Positions 47,901 to 61,042 are shown, counted from the first letter of the whole stretch. The stretch: DNA of 63,057 nt, filler included, from Octopus bimaculoides (GCF_001194135.2; 5 parts of 4 records of this genome joined end to end with filler, not necessarily neighbours in it), one strand, 5' to 3'. A program made the numbers and translations. Notes: a model not told the origin generated them from the sequence alone.

Positions 47901-49027
47901 CTGAAAAATGAAAAGATAAAAATCTATTAAAACCTCATAAAATTAGATATACTGTCAACCCAAACTTATTGGTTATTTGGTATACTTAAACATTTTCCAT
48001 TCTTTATTCTTAATACTTTAAATACTATTTTTCAAAAACAATGTTTCATCGTTAATTACTTTGTTTTAGTCGTATCTATGCTTAACACTTTAGATTCTCT
48101 CAAATTTAATTCTTATTTATTCACATTGTTTTGAATTGATTATCTCATAGCTTTGAGATCTTAATGGTGATTGTGTATTTTTTGAATGGCATTGTAGTAC
48201 ATGTGTGAGAGGAGAGATCTGGGAAGTTTGAGCATAAAACTACAAGCCAATGAAACATAGGATAAAATATATAATGGTATAATTGCCACAATAAAAGTTA
48301 TCTTGTGCTTATGGAACTTCGTTATTGCCTTGTATAGCATGTGATTTTTTTTTTTTCATCAGCCTTTTCAACTTGGAGTACAAATATCAAACCAAATTTC
48401 AATTTACGAAGTCATTTGGAAACTATGAACAATGACTCGATACAAGAATTTGTGAAGAAATTTGCGATGTTGTTTTCCCAATAAATGCGAGTCGTGAAAT
48501 GAGTGCTACGTGGTAAAATCGTTGGTATGGTAGACATTGGCAATGCCATCGCAAATAAATATCCATAAGAATGTTTTAAAGAAACGGTAAAATGAAATTG
48601 CAAAAAGTAATTGAGGTATTGTATATGCAATTCCTATGTCCTTGTCATTTTGGTTCACTTTGAAATACGGGTCAACAGTGAAGCTGCATGTATGATTGTA
48701 TAGAAAGATGCAGTAATGGCTAATGAACGTAGTAATATAAATAAAATGGTAATCACTTCCGAGTCTTTCTCTGTCAACTCTCAAAAGTTCTGCCGAGATA
48801 TTTTGGCAGACTTATGATAGGGTTTTGAAAACCCTATCATATCGATCTTGTTCTCCGCTACAAAACGTGTCGGTGAGAATGGAAGCTTTTTAACCAATAT
48901 ACAGCAGATATGATTATGAGCATTGCTTACACATGGTGACTGCTAAGATTAATTAAGCTAACTTAATTACAGTTTTATAGTATACAATTATATGTCGGCT
49001 GCTAAGAAATGATTCTCAAAACGAACA

Positions 49028-50169
49028 TCTCTATATCTATAAAACAGAGGATGTTAGTGTGTGTGTGTGTGTGTACGTGAATATTGTTTATGCACGTCCA
49101 CAAATTAGCACGCATGTCGCTCCAATTTTAGGAGATTCGGAATGACCTTATGTGCATTTTGGCCAATTTTTTCTCTCAGAGGCACCCGCGTATAGCTGTA
49201 AAAATCGATAAACTTTTACGAATTTTGAAGTTTGTTGACATGGCGAAGTCAAATCTGTGCGTACGCGATGAAGGAGAGAGAGAAAGACAGAGAGAAAGAA
49301 AGAAAGAAATAGTGTGTTTGTGACGGGGGGGTACAGTGTTTGCTAAGAGTTTACTTTGCTAGTGTCTAAATAAAAAAANNNNNNNNNNNNNNNNNNNNNN
49401 NNNNNNNNNNNNNNNNNNNNNNNNNNNNNNNNNNNNNNNNNNNNNNNNNNNNNNNNNNNNNNNNNNNNNNNNNNNNNNNNNNNNNNNNNNNNNNNNNNNN
49501 NNNNNNNNNNNNNNNNNNNNNNNNNNNNNNNNNNNNNNNNNNNNNNNNNNNNNNNNNNNNNNNNNNNNNNNNNNNNNNNNNNNNNNNNNNNNNNNNNNNN
49601 NNNNNNNNNNNNNNNNNNNNNNNNNNNNNNNNNNNNNNNNNNNNNNNNNNNNNNNNNNNNNNNNNNNNNNNNNNNNNNNNNNNNNNNNNNNNNNNNNNNN
49701 NNNNNNNNNNNNNNNNNNNNNNNNNNNNNNNNNNNNNNNNNNNNNNNNNNNNNNNNAAGTTTAGTGTTAGGATTAAGATTAGGGTTGGTGTTAGGGTTAC
49801 GGTTTTAGGGTCAGGGTTAGGGTTAGGGTTAACCTAGAAGGGACAGGCCCCTTATTTTTTTGTTAAAGCTGTTGGTAAGTTTTCCTAAGTTACTCCAATT
49901 CACATGCCCAATGCAAACCTTCAGATCAACCTTTTCCTATGCAGATCTCTAATGCAACTTTTAAAAAAACAGTCAATGAGTGGAAATAACCAATAAACTG
50001 ATTCCTTATGGGATTTCCCAATTAAATTGCCAGCAAACCATTTTCAGCCAAACCAATTTCAACGGATTTCGCTCAAATCTGATGTCCATGTTATTTTGGT
50101 TTGAAATAAAGCACTTGGTCACTTAATAATCCTAGCTTAATGCCGAGCAGCGTCGGGCTATACTGCTAA
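49028..50169 (+). mobile_element. Non-autonomous Helitron with an internal TTAGGG-like tract
   Basis: A|TCtctatatctataaaa 5' end; ccga-gcagcg-tcgg hairpin then CTAA|T 3' end; no TSD; the gap 49379-49756 lies inside, so continuity is assumed. Confidence 0.75.
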
Positions 50170-50772
50170 TCAGCAATAAAATTGCTATATTCTTTCTGCA
50201 GACTAGGTGCCACTCAAACGGCGGTTTTCGCATCACATTCAATTCACTACTTATTCCATAGGTCGACTGTGATTTTATTATTGGTATTACAACAGATGCA
50301 CAGAAATAAAAACTAAAATTTGTGACCTTATTCCAAAGTTGCCATTATAATTGATAGTAATAGTAAATTCTGCAAGGATGCTTAAATAAACTACAGAGAA
50401 TATGCAAACCTAACAATTGAAAGATCGAGAGATGATCTTTGGTTTAGATACACGTTTTGCGATAAGCGAGATCGTTAGAACATCAGGCAAAATGCCTTGC
50501 AGTATCTGTTCTGACTACCTGCGTGCGAGTTCAAATCCCACCAAATTCAACTTAGCTTTCATCATTACAGGAGCGATAAAAAGTTCCAGTCAAATACTAG
50601 ATTCGAGATAACCGAATAACCTCTTCTACTTAAAATTGCTGGGCATGTGCTAAAATAAGAAGCAAGTATTTCGACTTATTCTGCTTGAGCACAATCAGAA
50701 CCCTGCACGCCCTCTTGATCGTTCGATATCAATGAAACGAGGATCTCAAATAATCGGAAGTATTTAACTCAC

Positions 50773-50855
50773 TATATTACAAATGCAGAACTGTTATATG
50801 CGAGTGTAGCATGCTGCCCTGCAGTATCCACCCCACCCCATCGGTCGTATTTATA
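50773..50855 (-). promoter_or_regulatory. Candidate TATA box (50848-50855) plus short non-coding leader exon ending in a GTGAGT donor
   Basis: Minus strand reads ggcTATAAATA, then ~80 nt later ata|gtgagt; link to PHGDH unproven. Confidence 0.35.
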
Positions 50856-50874
50856 GCCGATATCTAGAATAGAT

Positions 50875-51259
50875 GTTGTTGGCACTCCGTCGCTTTACGA
50901 CTTCGAGGGTTCCAGTTGATCCGATCAAAGGAACAGCCTGCTCGTGAAATTAACGTGCAAGTGGCTGAGAACTCCACAGACACGTGTACCCTTAACGTAG
51001 TTCTCGGGAATATTCAGTGTGACACAGTGTGACAAGGCTGACCCTTTCAATTACAGGTACAACAGAAACAAGAAGTAAGAGTGAGAGAAAGTTGTGGTGA
51101 AAGAGTACATCAGGGTTCGCCACCATCCCCTGCCGGAGCCTCGTGAAGCTTTAGGTGTTTTCGCTCAATAAACACTCACAATGCCCGGTCTAGGAATCGA
51201 AACCGCGATCCTATGACCGCGAGTCCGCTGCCCTAATCACTGGGCCATTGAGCCTCCAC
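50875..51259 (-). mobile_element. Young full-length SINE family B with perfect 13-bp TSD ATCTAGAATAGAT
   Basis: TSD 50862-50874 and 51260-51272; CpGs retained; very similar to 16287-16648. Confidence 0.95.
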
Positions 51260-52101
51260 ATCTAGAATAGATAACCTGGTAATAAGTGAAGAAAATTATG
51301 TAATACACCATATACCCGTAACGTTTTGGATCCAATCTAGAAATATAGAGGGTTCATACAACCTACGCGCTATTAAATGGACAGAAAGTGAATATTAGGG
51401 GTGGACAAAATTGATAAGTGGGGTAAAATGAGTAATTCCTGATTTGCTGTTTATTATAAACTATTACATTGCAAGTTTGCATTATTTTAGGGAGTAAAAA
51501 CTGGCCAGCATACATAGCTGCTGAAGTTGAGTTTGAAAGAGTCAAGTGACAAATACTTTTCCAAGAAAATTTTCTTCAACATTGACCTGATTGTAATAGA
51601 GGCACGTAAAAGGCACCCAGTACACTCTCGGAGTGGTTGGCGCTAGGAAGGGTATCCAACCGTAAAAACTTTGCCAGATCAGATTGGAGCCTGGTACAGC
51701 CTTCTGGCTTGCCAGTCCTCAGTCAAACCCATGCCAGCATGGAAAGCGGACATCAATCGACGATGATGATGTAGGCAAAGCGAATCCAGGCAAAAAAAAG
51801 AAAAATAAGTCACATGCTATTAGCTGTCAGAAGTGAAAGTGCTCACTGCTAGTGAAGTATCTNNNNNNNNNNNNNNNNNNNNNNNNNNNNNNNNNNNNNN
51901 NNNNNNTTAATTAATTAANNNNNNNNNNNNNNNNNNNNNNNNNNNNNNNNNNNNNNNNNNNNTCTCCCTCTCTCTCTCCCTCTCTCTCTCTCTCTCTTTC
52001 TCTGACCCCTACGTGTATGCGCGTCTGTGTGTATGTGCAATTCTTCGAAAAGTAAAGTTATTTTTTACATACCACAAAAACAAAGAGAAAGAAAGCAAGG
52101 G

Positions 52102-52156
<55 letters not shown>

Positions 52157-52494
52157 AAAAAGAGAGGAAAGGAAAGGTTCTGAAAGCAAGACAGCTTCAC
52201 TGGGGTTGGACATCATCTATATAATGCGTATGTATGAACCCCCTATTCATAGACATGACATATTCAAATTACGTCCCCTTTATGGATTTGGAGTTCACTG
52301 AGAACTCACATCATAATAAGTAATGATACTCGACTCATAAATAAAGCAACGCAAAGACACTCTCTAGCATTCCACTCCCTTGCTTTTGTTTTTTTGTTTT
52401 GTCTACTTAGTCATTGACTCCCACCACCCATTATCTTCCTTAATCTTTCTCAATCACATCTCTATGTATGTCTTTCTCCACCCCTCTCACGATT

Positions 52495-52540
<46 letters not shown>

Positions 52541-52691
52541 CCTCCCGTTCAATCTCCTATTAAGTTACTCTCCACCTTGTTACCCACCTTTTACTGTGTT
52601 ACTCTTACTTGCGTTTTGTTACTCTATCTCTTTTTTACTCTGTCTCTCTCTTGCTATCTATCAAACAATCAATCAATCAATCAATCAATCG

Positions 52692-52743
<52 letters not shown>

Positions 52744-53284
52744 GTCTGTATGTTTGTCTGAATATCTATTGCTCTGTATGCATGTCTTTCCATCCGTCAC
52801 TGGTGCGGAGATGTATTGACCTTTGGCTTTTCCTTAGATAACATCGGGGCGTAGAGAGGGGAGACTGGTACGCATGGGTAACTGCTGGTCTTCCCTAAAA
52901 CAACCTTGCCCGGACTTGCGCCTCGGAGGCTTACTGTCTAGGTGCAATCCCATGGTCATTCATGACCGAAGGGGCTCTTTATCCTTTACCCTAGTAATCA
53001 TAACTGAGATATAAATCCGAAGCCGGAGGTGAATCTGGAACAGATGATAGTAATACCATTCCATTACTATAAAAGGAAGTATTTCTTGAAATCGCTTGCT
53101 TTAGCTTCATCTTTCCGCAAGATGAGAATTTAACATCCATCTTCTTAACATAATATTCTTGCTTACTCAAATTTCTTAATTATTTTGTATTTTGAAACCG
53201 TCCTCGCAGAAGTAAAATAATAAACTACGAAAACTGCAAAAAAAAAAAAAAAAAAGTAAGGTCGAGTAAACATGTAAGTTGAGT

Positions 53285-53447
53285 AGGCGCAGGCTTGGCT
53301 GTGTGGTCAGAAGCTTGCTTCCCAACCACATGGTTCCAGGTTCAGTCCCACTGCGTGGCACTTTCAGCTAGTGTCTTCTACTATAGCCTCGGACCGACCA
53401 AAGCCTTGAGAGTGGATTTGCTAGACGGAAACTGTAAGAAGCCCATC

Positions 53448-53546
<99 letters not shown>

Positions 53547-53612
53547 TTTGCGTCTGTGTTTGTCTCCCCACCATCGCTCGACAACCGATGTTGGTATGTT
53601 TACGTCCCCCAA
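53285..53612 (+). mobile_element. SINE family A, 3'-truncated
   Basis: aggcgcaggcttggctgtgtgg...gggaaactg-type core...cttgacaaccgatgttgg-type segment. Confidence 0.85.
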
Positions 53613-54221
53613 CTTTTCTATTTAAAGTGCTCAATGCGACCGTTTTTTTCATTGTTTCAAGTTTCTGTCGTTCCATTTGTTTGTTTCGTCTTTACGCTAT
53701 CCGATCTGTACTTCCTTCCACGTACCGCTGCATTAAAAATGCCTCTTCCATAGTAGATTTCTCTGTTTATTTCTGTTTTCTAATACTTGCTGTTGAGTTT
53801 GTAAGCTACAACGGACGCGTTCACTTCCATTCGTACAACGTCTCCTTTTTATGCATCGATGTTATTTTTGTATTGTCTAACTCATTGCGATTTATTCGTT
53901 TTTTCCCGCACCTAAATTAAGAATTGAAGTAACTTTGAGTTCATTGTGTTAAAAGTGAAGTATACAAAAGGCGAAGCTTAAAGTGACATTTACAAAATGA
54001 AATGATTTTCTTTTGTTGTACGTGTCATCTTATTGAAAACTTGACAATAAATTTAAAAAGAAGCCTATAAAATTCATATTCGTTCCATCTTTTTGTTAAG
54101 AATTAATAAAAACGATACAGCTGTTGGTATAAAATGAAATAATGAAAGGTGAATGCTTCAAGTGTAACTTAGCAAATTGAAAGCGTTGCTATTTTAATGT
54201 GTGTTAAGCTATTGAATTCTC

Positions 54222-54264
<43 letters not shown>

Positions 54265-54270
54265 TGCACG

Positions 54271-54306
<36 letters not shown>

Positions 54307-55247
54307 CACACATATATACATTTATATATACATATATGTATGCATATACATTTTTACAGAAATATGTACATACATATATGCATACATAGATTATGTCTCA
54401 AAATTACCTTTACAATTTGAAAAATTCAGAAAAAAAAAAACAATGAAAAGTAAGGATAACTTAGTAGAGTTTATTGTAACATAGGAAACCAAGTAAAATT
54501 TTAACAGAAACACCAGAACACATCAACGTGGGCTCCGTTGGTTGCACACAACCAATACAGAACCCACCACACATACATACTGCAAGTAAATGTGAAAGTT
54601 CTAAAAATAATTTCTAGAGACCCTGCATATCTAACAGGTTCGGATTCATTCGTAAAAATGTAAACGTGGATTATTTTATAATGATGAAAAAAGAATATGA
54701 CTGTATATGTGAATATGTGTATGTAAGTCGACGGTCAATACACTCCACACACAACATACAAACACTCAAGATCTTATCGTTCAGTGTCTGATAAAGATCC
54801 TCGTTTCTTTGCCCTCGTTTCTTCACATCTCTACTCTTGTTCCTTAATATTGAATTATTTCCCCTGTTGCTTTTGTTTCTTATTGTTTTATTTTTCTCCC
54901 TGCTTCTCTTCATGATCCAATTGCCTTTTTTTTTAGCTTTAAACCTTAGTGAGAAATAACTCATATTTATTGAATATGAGTTACACCACTTATGTATTCC
55001 GTTTTATCATGCTCTACCGGAAGTCTAGTTTATGTCGAATTTTCCGAGCATGTCGGACAAGTATATCTGCTTGATGCTTTAATGAAATAAAGTACGAAAC
55101 TCAGAGTTACAATGTATTTTCTATAAAGGAGTGTAAAACTTTACATATGTACGTGTGTATCTGTGCGTATATGTGTGTTTGTTTGTGTGTGTATATGTCT
55201 ACATGCATGCATATATAATCGCAGACAGAGATATAAACAATTTTCCG

Positions 55248-55295
<48 letters not shown>

Positions 55296-55433
55296 CATAT
55301 TTCTCTCACTGTGAATCTCATGCGTTCGTACCTTCGTAAGTTTATGTATGTCTATATATATATATTATTTGTGTGTGCGTGTGTGCGTGTGTACGTATGT
55401 ACATATGTATGCATGCACATACACACACACATG

Positions 55434-55465
<32 letters not shown>

Positions 55466-55582
55466 TGTTTGTATATTATTTATGAGCGAATATAATGTAT
55501 GTGTGCTTATGTACATGTATATAAGCATGAATTGGGGCATTTGAATGCGGGTGCGTCACCCGTCGACTCGACTCAAATATAA

Positions 55583-55735
55583 CCATCATCATCAACACCA
55601 TCATCATCAACATCATCATCATCAACATCATCAACATCCTCCTCCAACTTCTCCTCATCTTCCTCCTCTTCCTCCTCATCATCATTCTCATCATCATCTT
55701 CATCATCATCATCATTATTATTATCATTATTGTTA

Positions 55736-55800
<65 letters not shown>
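55583..55800. repeat. Compound CAT/CCT/TAT microsatellite
   Basis: Directly visible. Confidence 0.95.
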
Positions 55801-56171
55801 GTCCGTGTCGAAGGCGTTGTGTTTTAACTTCGTAGTTCGGACAAGCGGATAATGAAATACTGAAATCGATGGCAATTCATCAAGAGCTGAATGCGATTTT
55901 TCACATGACGGGATCTACATGACAGAATCGTTGATTTGTGCCCGTCACGCTTCTTGCTCATTGATTTGAAAAGTCTGTAAATAGAAATAATGAAATTTTC
56001 TTGTTTGCTTTCGTTATGTCTTCTTTTTTTTCTTTTTTAAAGGTTTTTGTTCTTCGTTTATTTTTTTTTGTTTTGTTTTGTTTGTTTTTGTTTTGTATTT
56101 TTTTTTTTGCATTGTGTCCGCAGTGAACGATCCCTACAAGACAAATATATATACAAGTCAAATAATAGAAG

Positions 56172-56229
<58 letters not shown>

Positions 56230-56337
56230 CGTGGTTGTGTGTGTGTATGTGTGTGTGTGTGTGAGTGTGTGTGTATATGGGCATGTGTGTCAGTTATTCA
56301 GTGTATGCGTGTATACTTAAACTACCATATACATACA

Positions 56338-56378
<41 letters not shown>

Positions 56379-56582
56379 ATAATGATACATGTATTTATAC
56401 ATATATATATAAACATAACTATATATACATATATATATATATATATATTTATATATATCATATTTATACAAACACAAAAACACACGCACACATACACACA
56501 CACACACGTACATACACAAACATTGCTGCAGACAACAAAATTTACCGTATAAATGGCGGTAATGTTGAGTGAGTGTATGTCT

Positions 56583-56632
<50 letters not shown>

Positions 56633-56783
56633 GTCATCATCATCATAATCATAATGGTTAGCAGCAGCAGCATCATAAGGAATTGTCGTTGTGAGAAAAA
56701 GGGGGTGGGGAATAAGAGACTAACATGAACTGAAATATAATAAATGTATTTTGGAACATATGAACGAACGTAAATCTATAAAG

Positions 56784-56833
<50 letters not shown>

Positions 56834-56873
56834 ACACACACACACATACACACACACATCCATACACTTACAG

Positions 56874-56906
<33 letters not shown>

Positions 56907-57139
56907 TGCTGTATACACGTACATATGAATATACAGTCGTACTTTTGCAGTCATCGAAATATCGGAAGAAGAAGAAGAAGTAAAAGAAGAGATACTGAAT
57001 GGATAATTGGTGGTTTCCTGCCCCCTACGCAGGCGCAATGTGGGTGGACCTGTTCTTATCAGTGACCTCACACAAATGCAAGATCAAATTGTCAACGTCT
57101 AAAAAGGGTAAAAAGTAGGGACTGTGCTTTATTAGCCCT

Positions 57140-57815
57140 TGAACCACCCCCGTCACCATCACCGCTAACTCCACCACAAAAACCAAACCCACCGCCACCA
57201 CCGCAACCACCATTGTTATCAGCATCACCTCACGGCCTCTATGACAAAACCCACCAAGAGAAATTCCACCATCACCACCACCACCATCATCACCAACAAC
57301 AACAGCGATAACAACATGGAGTCCGTAATTTCCTTCATTATCGTCGCTGCCATTTCTGATATCTCTATCAAACCATGATAACTCTATCATCATCTGTTAT
57401 CATCTGTATCATCGCCGTCGTTGTCATCGTTGTCGTCGTCGTCATCGTCATCATCTGCAGCAGTAGCAGCAGCATCACCATCACCATCACCAGCAGCACT
57501 GTCATTATCACAACCACCCTCAACAGCATCATTATCATCGTCGTCATAATCATCATCGTAACCCTTACCATCATCATCAGCAGCAGCAGTATTATCATCA
57601 CCATCATCATCATCATTAGCCTCATCATCACCACCAACACAACCACCACCACCACCACCGCCGCCGCCATTTCAAAAAACAACAAAAACAGTGTGACCTG
57701 TGCTATTATGCCTATTATTGCAAAGGTCACACAATTCATATCACCATCACAATCACCACACTTACAACCATCACCACTACAACAGCAATAACAACAACAA
57801 CAACGACAACACTGG
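57140..57815. repeat. Degenerate CAC/CAT/CGT/CAG/CAA trinucleotide mosaic
   Basis: Directly visible; explains the long low-complexity ORFs on both strands. Confidence 0.9.
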
Positions 57816-60453
57816 TAATAACACCTTCCCTGCCAGTACCTACGGGACGGTCTCTCCGAAGTCACTCGACCAGCTAGAAGTAGCATCTCTATCTCTCCTC
57901 AAATCACACTCTACTTTTTAAAATAAATGAAGGATACATTGGGTTATATAACCCAATGTATCCTTCATTTATCCTGGATAAAAGCCGGAATGGTCATGAT
58001 TGGAATGGGATTGTTTAACAATAGTAACAACCCCACCAGAACCAAGTACAACAACCTGATCATTGGGATTATTGTGCTTAACTCACTGAGTTCAAATGCA
58101 GTCGACGTCGACTTTGCTTTTCATCCTTTCGAGGTCGATGAAAAACGTATCAGTTAAGGATTGGGTTCGATATAATGGACTTCCTTCCCGCCAAAATTGA
58201 TGGCCTTATGCCAAAATTAGAAAGAATTAGTGCATTTAACTTATACAGCAACAACAGCAACAGCAGCATTTATCGGCTTTGTTTAACGTCTAAGATTAAG
58301 TCAAAGAAGAACAATGCCAACAATGACAGCGACAATGACCCCTGATTCAAGCATAAGGTCAGTTGTTTTGAGAGGAAGAGGAGTGTTTTGACTGGTGTCA
58401 TGACCTCAGTACTTAACCGGCTTCCTAATCTCTTAACCCCCGAGGGACTGATAAAATAAAGTACCAGTCACATTTTCATCACTTCCGTCTCTCCATCTGA
58501 TGTCTTCGCTGTTAATCTTTGTCCAATAATCTTAGTTCAATAGACCAACTCTAGTGACTGTTCATAAATGCATAGTTGATAGGGTAATTAACCTAGGAAT
58601 ATCTTAATGAAAATAATATCAGAAGTAATGCATAGTACTTCTCATTGTTAAAGCTTCCGATTTAACGAAAGGCAACTGATAATCTTTGATAGCTTGAGCC
58701 TTTTAAAGATATTCAACTGATATCGTTGAGATAAGAAAAGAATTCCCAGGTAATGTATACAAGGAGCTATGGATCTTTGGATCAAGCTTACGTAATAGTT
58801 CAATTGACATCCAACGTGCTATAGGTGTATCCAATCTGAATAGCCTTGGGATTGCACAATAACACAGAAGTATTTGTGTATGAATGACACCGCTTGTGAT
58901 GTAGTTGGAGTTGTTTCAGAGTTAGCTAACGAAGGCTTTTCCCTGCTATTCACAATCGCTATTTAATAGACCATTGCTCAGACCGTTTAAAATTAGCTTA
59001 GGCAAAGCTGTGTGATTCAGAAGTCTGCTCCTAATCACGTGGTTCCAGATTCGAACACACTGAGCGTCCGCCATTGACAATTGTTGTGTAGCGTAACTTT
59101 GAGTCGACCCAAACTTCCCGAATGAAATTGTTCAGATGGAAACAGTCCGGAAATCCACAAGAGAGACAATACCTGATGATCTATGTTTTCTCATCACCTT
59201 CCCTTTAGTATCCGACGCTCTGCAAAAGAACGTAGCCGCCGCTTTTCCCATTCTGACTAGGCCATAAGGAAGAACCTACCACAATTATCTTTTGACACAA
59301 ATGTTTGACACTAATTAAAATTCCGTGAATCAAGTAATTTGAATAGCTTAATTGATGAAGAGCTAATAAATAAAAAAAAGTCTTTCAAATAGGGGTTCAC
59401 ACGACACGTCAGATTTCCAATTCGATCCTCTTCGAATTTATGCCCCGGATCAATGTGTCGCTACATTAGTTTCCTATGAAACGTAAACTCAAGCGGAGTA
59501 AATTCGATAGATTTTGAACGTGAATCTAACTCATCTCGAGCTCAGTGTTGATGAAGTCCTAAACTATATAAAACTTCGAGATCCTTTGTTAAAACAGTTA
59601 CACTAGAAGTTTTCACAAAATTAAGAACAGATGTACGGTTTAATTCTGTTGCAGTACCTGCGTGTTTTGAGGCTTTCTCCCTCTCTTTCTCTCTATCCCC
59701 CTCTGACTCTCTTTCTCTTTTGCTCTGACTCTTGAGCCATTGGACTCATAAAGCCGGTCACTTGGTTTCCATAGCGTACAAGTGACCGAGATCACAATAT
59801 TTCCCTTAAACGAGACGCCGGTCTGTTGCAGAGTTCAAAGCCAGCAATTTTGAGGGGAGAGAGCAAATTGATTACATCGACTCCAGTATATTATTAATAC
59901 TTTATTTTATGGACCCCCGAAGGGATAAAAGGCAAAGTTGACCTCGGCGGGATCTGAACTCAGAACGTAAAGAGCAGGAAGAAAACGTTGCTAAACATTT
60001 CCTTCAACATGCTGGCTCACCACCTTGTAAAAACACTTGTCCCAAACAACCCAGTAAATAAACAACAGCTGAATGCTGTATATGAATCAAGTAACTTTTT
60101 GAATATCTGACATGCTGTGTTGTGATGTTCATGCCTTTATATCAAAACCATGGGTGAAGAGAACTACTTGAATACTGCATTACACTGGAATGATCTCATT
60201 GGAAGGAAATCTCGTTTCAATCCTGGATATAAGCATTCATACACGTATTCACTCAGACACGCATACGTACACATGCACGCTAACATATACGCTTTTACTA
60301 CCACAAGCGTGTATGCATGTGTATGCGTGTGGATGAGTTCCTGTTTCTAAAGAGATCAATAGTGACCAATAAATCAATGGCTGGTACTAATTACCGGAAA
60401 CAATCTCCCCTCAAAACTGTGAATGCTAGCAATGGTGTCAACGGTTTACATAC

Positions 60454-60750
60454 AGACAGCTTCTATAGTAAGCCCGAAGCATGAAACTGGCGGTTTGGTT
60501 TGGCTCACTGGTAAAATTGTTTGATCTGTGGCTGTAATATTGCTAATGGATGTGGCTATAGTTGTGTGATGTCTATCGTATAGAGAACTATAAACAGTGG
60601 CCGAGAGAGACTTCCTCCTTATCAATGGAAAATCTTGTTGTATGATTTCGATACCAAGGGATCCCTGGATAAAACAGACAAGTTTTGTTGTAACTGGAGC
60701 GTGAAATGTTTTGTTCTCAGGCACTAAGCGAGCAGAAATGTATAACGTTC
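60454..60750 (-). CDS. Candidate orphan symmetric phase-1 exon, 99 codons, unknown product
   Basis: Acceptor ttttctttttcccatctcattcag, donor t|gtatgt, 297 nt open in unique non-repetitive sequence (ORF 60446..60916). Confidence 0.35.
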
Positions 60751-60938
60751 CTGAATGAGATGGGAAAAAGAAAACAACAACAACAGGAATAACAACAATA
60801 ACAATAAAAAATCGGCACCAAGTATATAAAGTCAAAACTGTAAAATTTAGAAACGAAAAACAGCACACTAGTACTACTACTACTACTACTACTACTACAT
60901 CGACAACTTCTACCACTACTATTACTGTACTGCTGTTG

Positions 60939-60971
<33 letters not shown>

Positions 60972-61001
60972 ATACTACTACTACCACTACTAATGTTACC
61001 A

Positions 61002-61042
<41 letters not shown>

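Noticed and set aside
48770-48885. Minus-strand frame SILTDTF...QNISAELL vaguely like PHGDH exon 1 (VLISDSL...QNLSKEEL)
   Set aside because: In-frame TAA in the middle, a stop just upstream, no ATG and a poor donor; likely chance.
48927-48940. cagtcaccATGT|gtaagc, a possible start-codon micro-exon
   Set aside because: Phase 1 is incompatible with the phase-0 exon 2, and no open bridging exon was found.
55573-55875. Asn/Asp/Glu-rich 100-aa ORF resembling an acidic protein tail
   Set aside because: Reverse translation of a CAT/TAT microsatellite; the upstream acceptor at ~55976 gives early stops in this frame.
56990-57062. RSKR...IIGG as a trypsin-like activation site, or IIGGFLP as a class C GPCR/ANF-receptor N-terminus
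   Set aside because: Following residues do not fit either family, and the frame stops 18 codons later.
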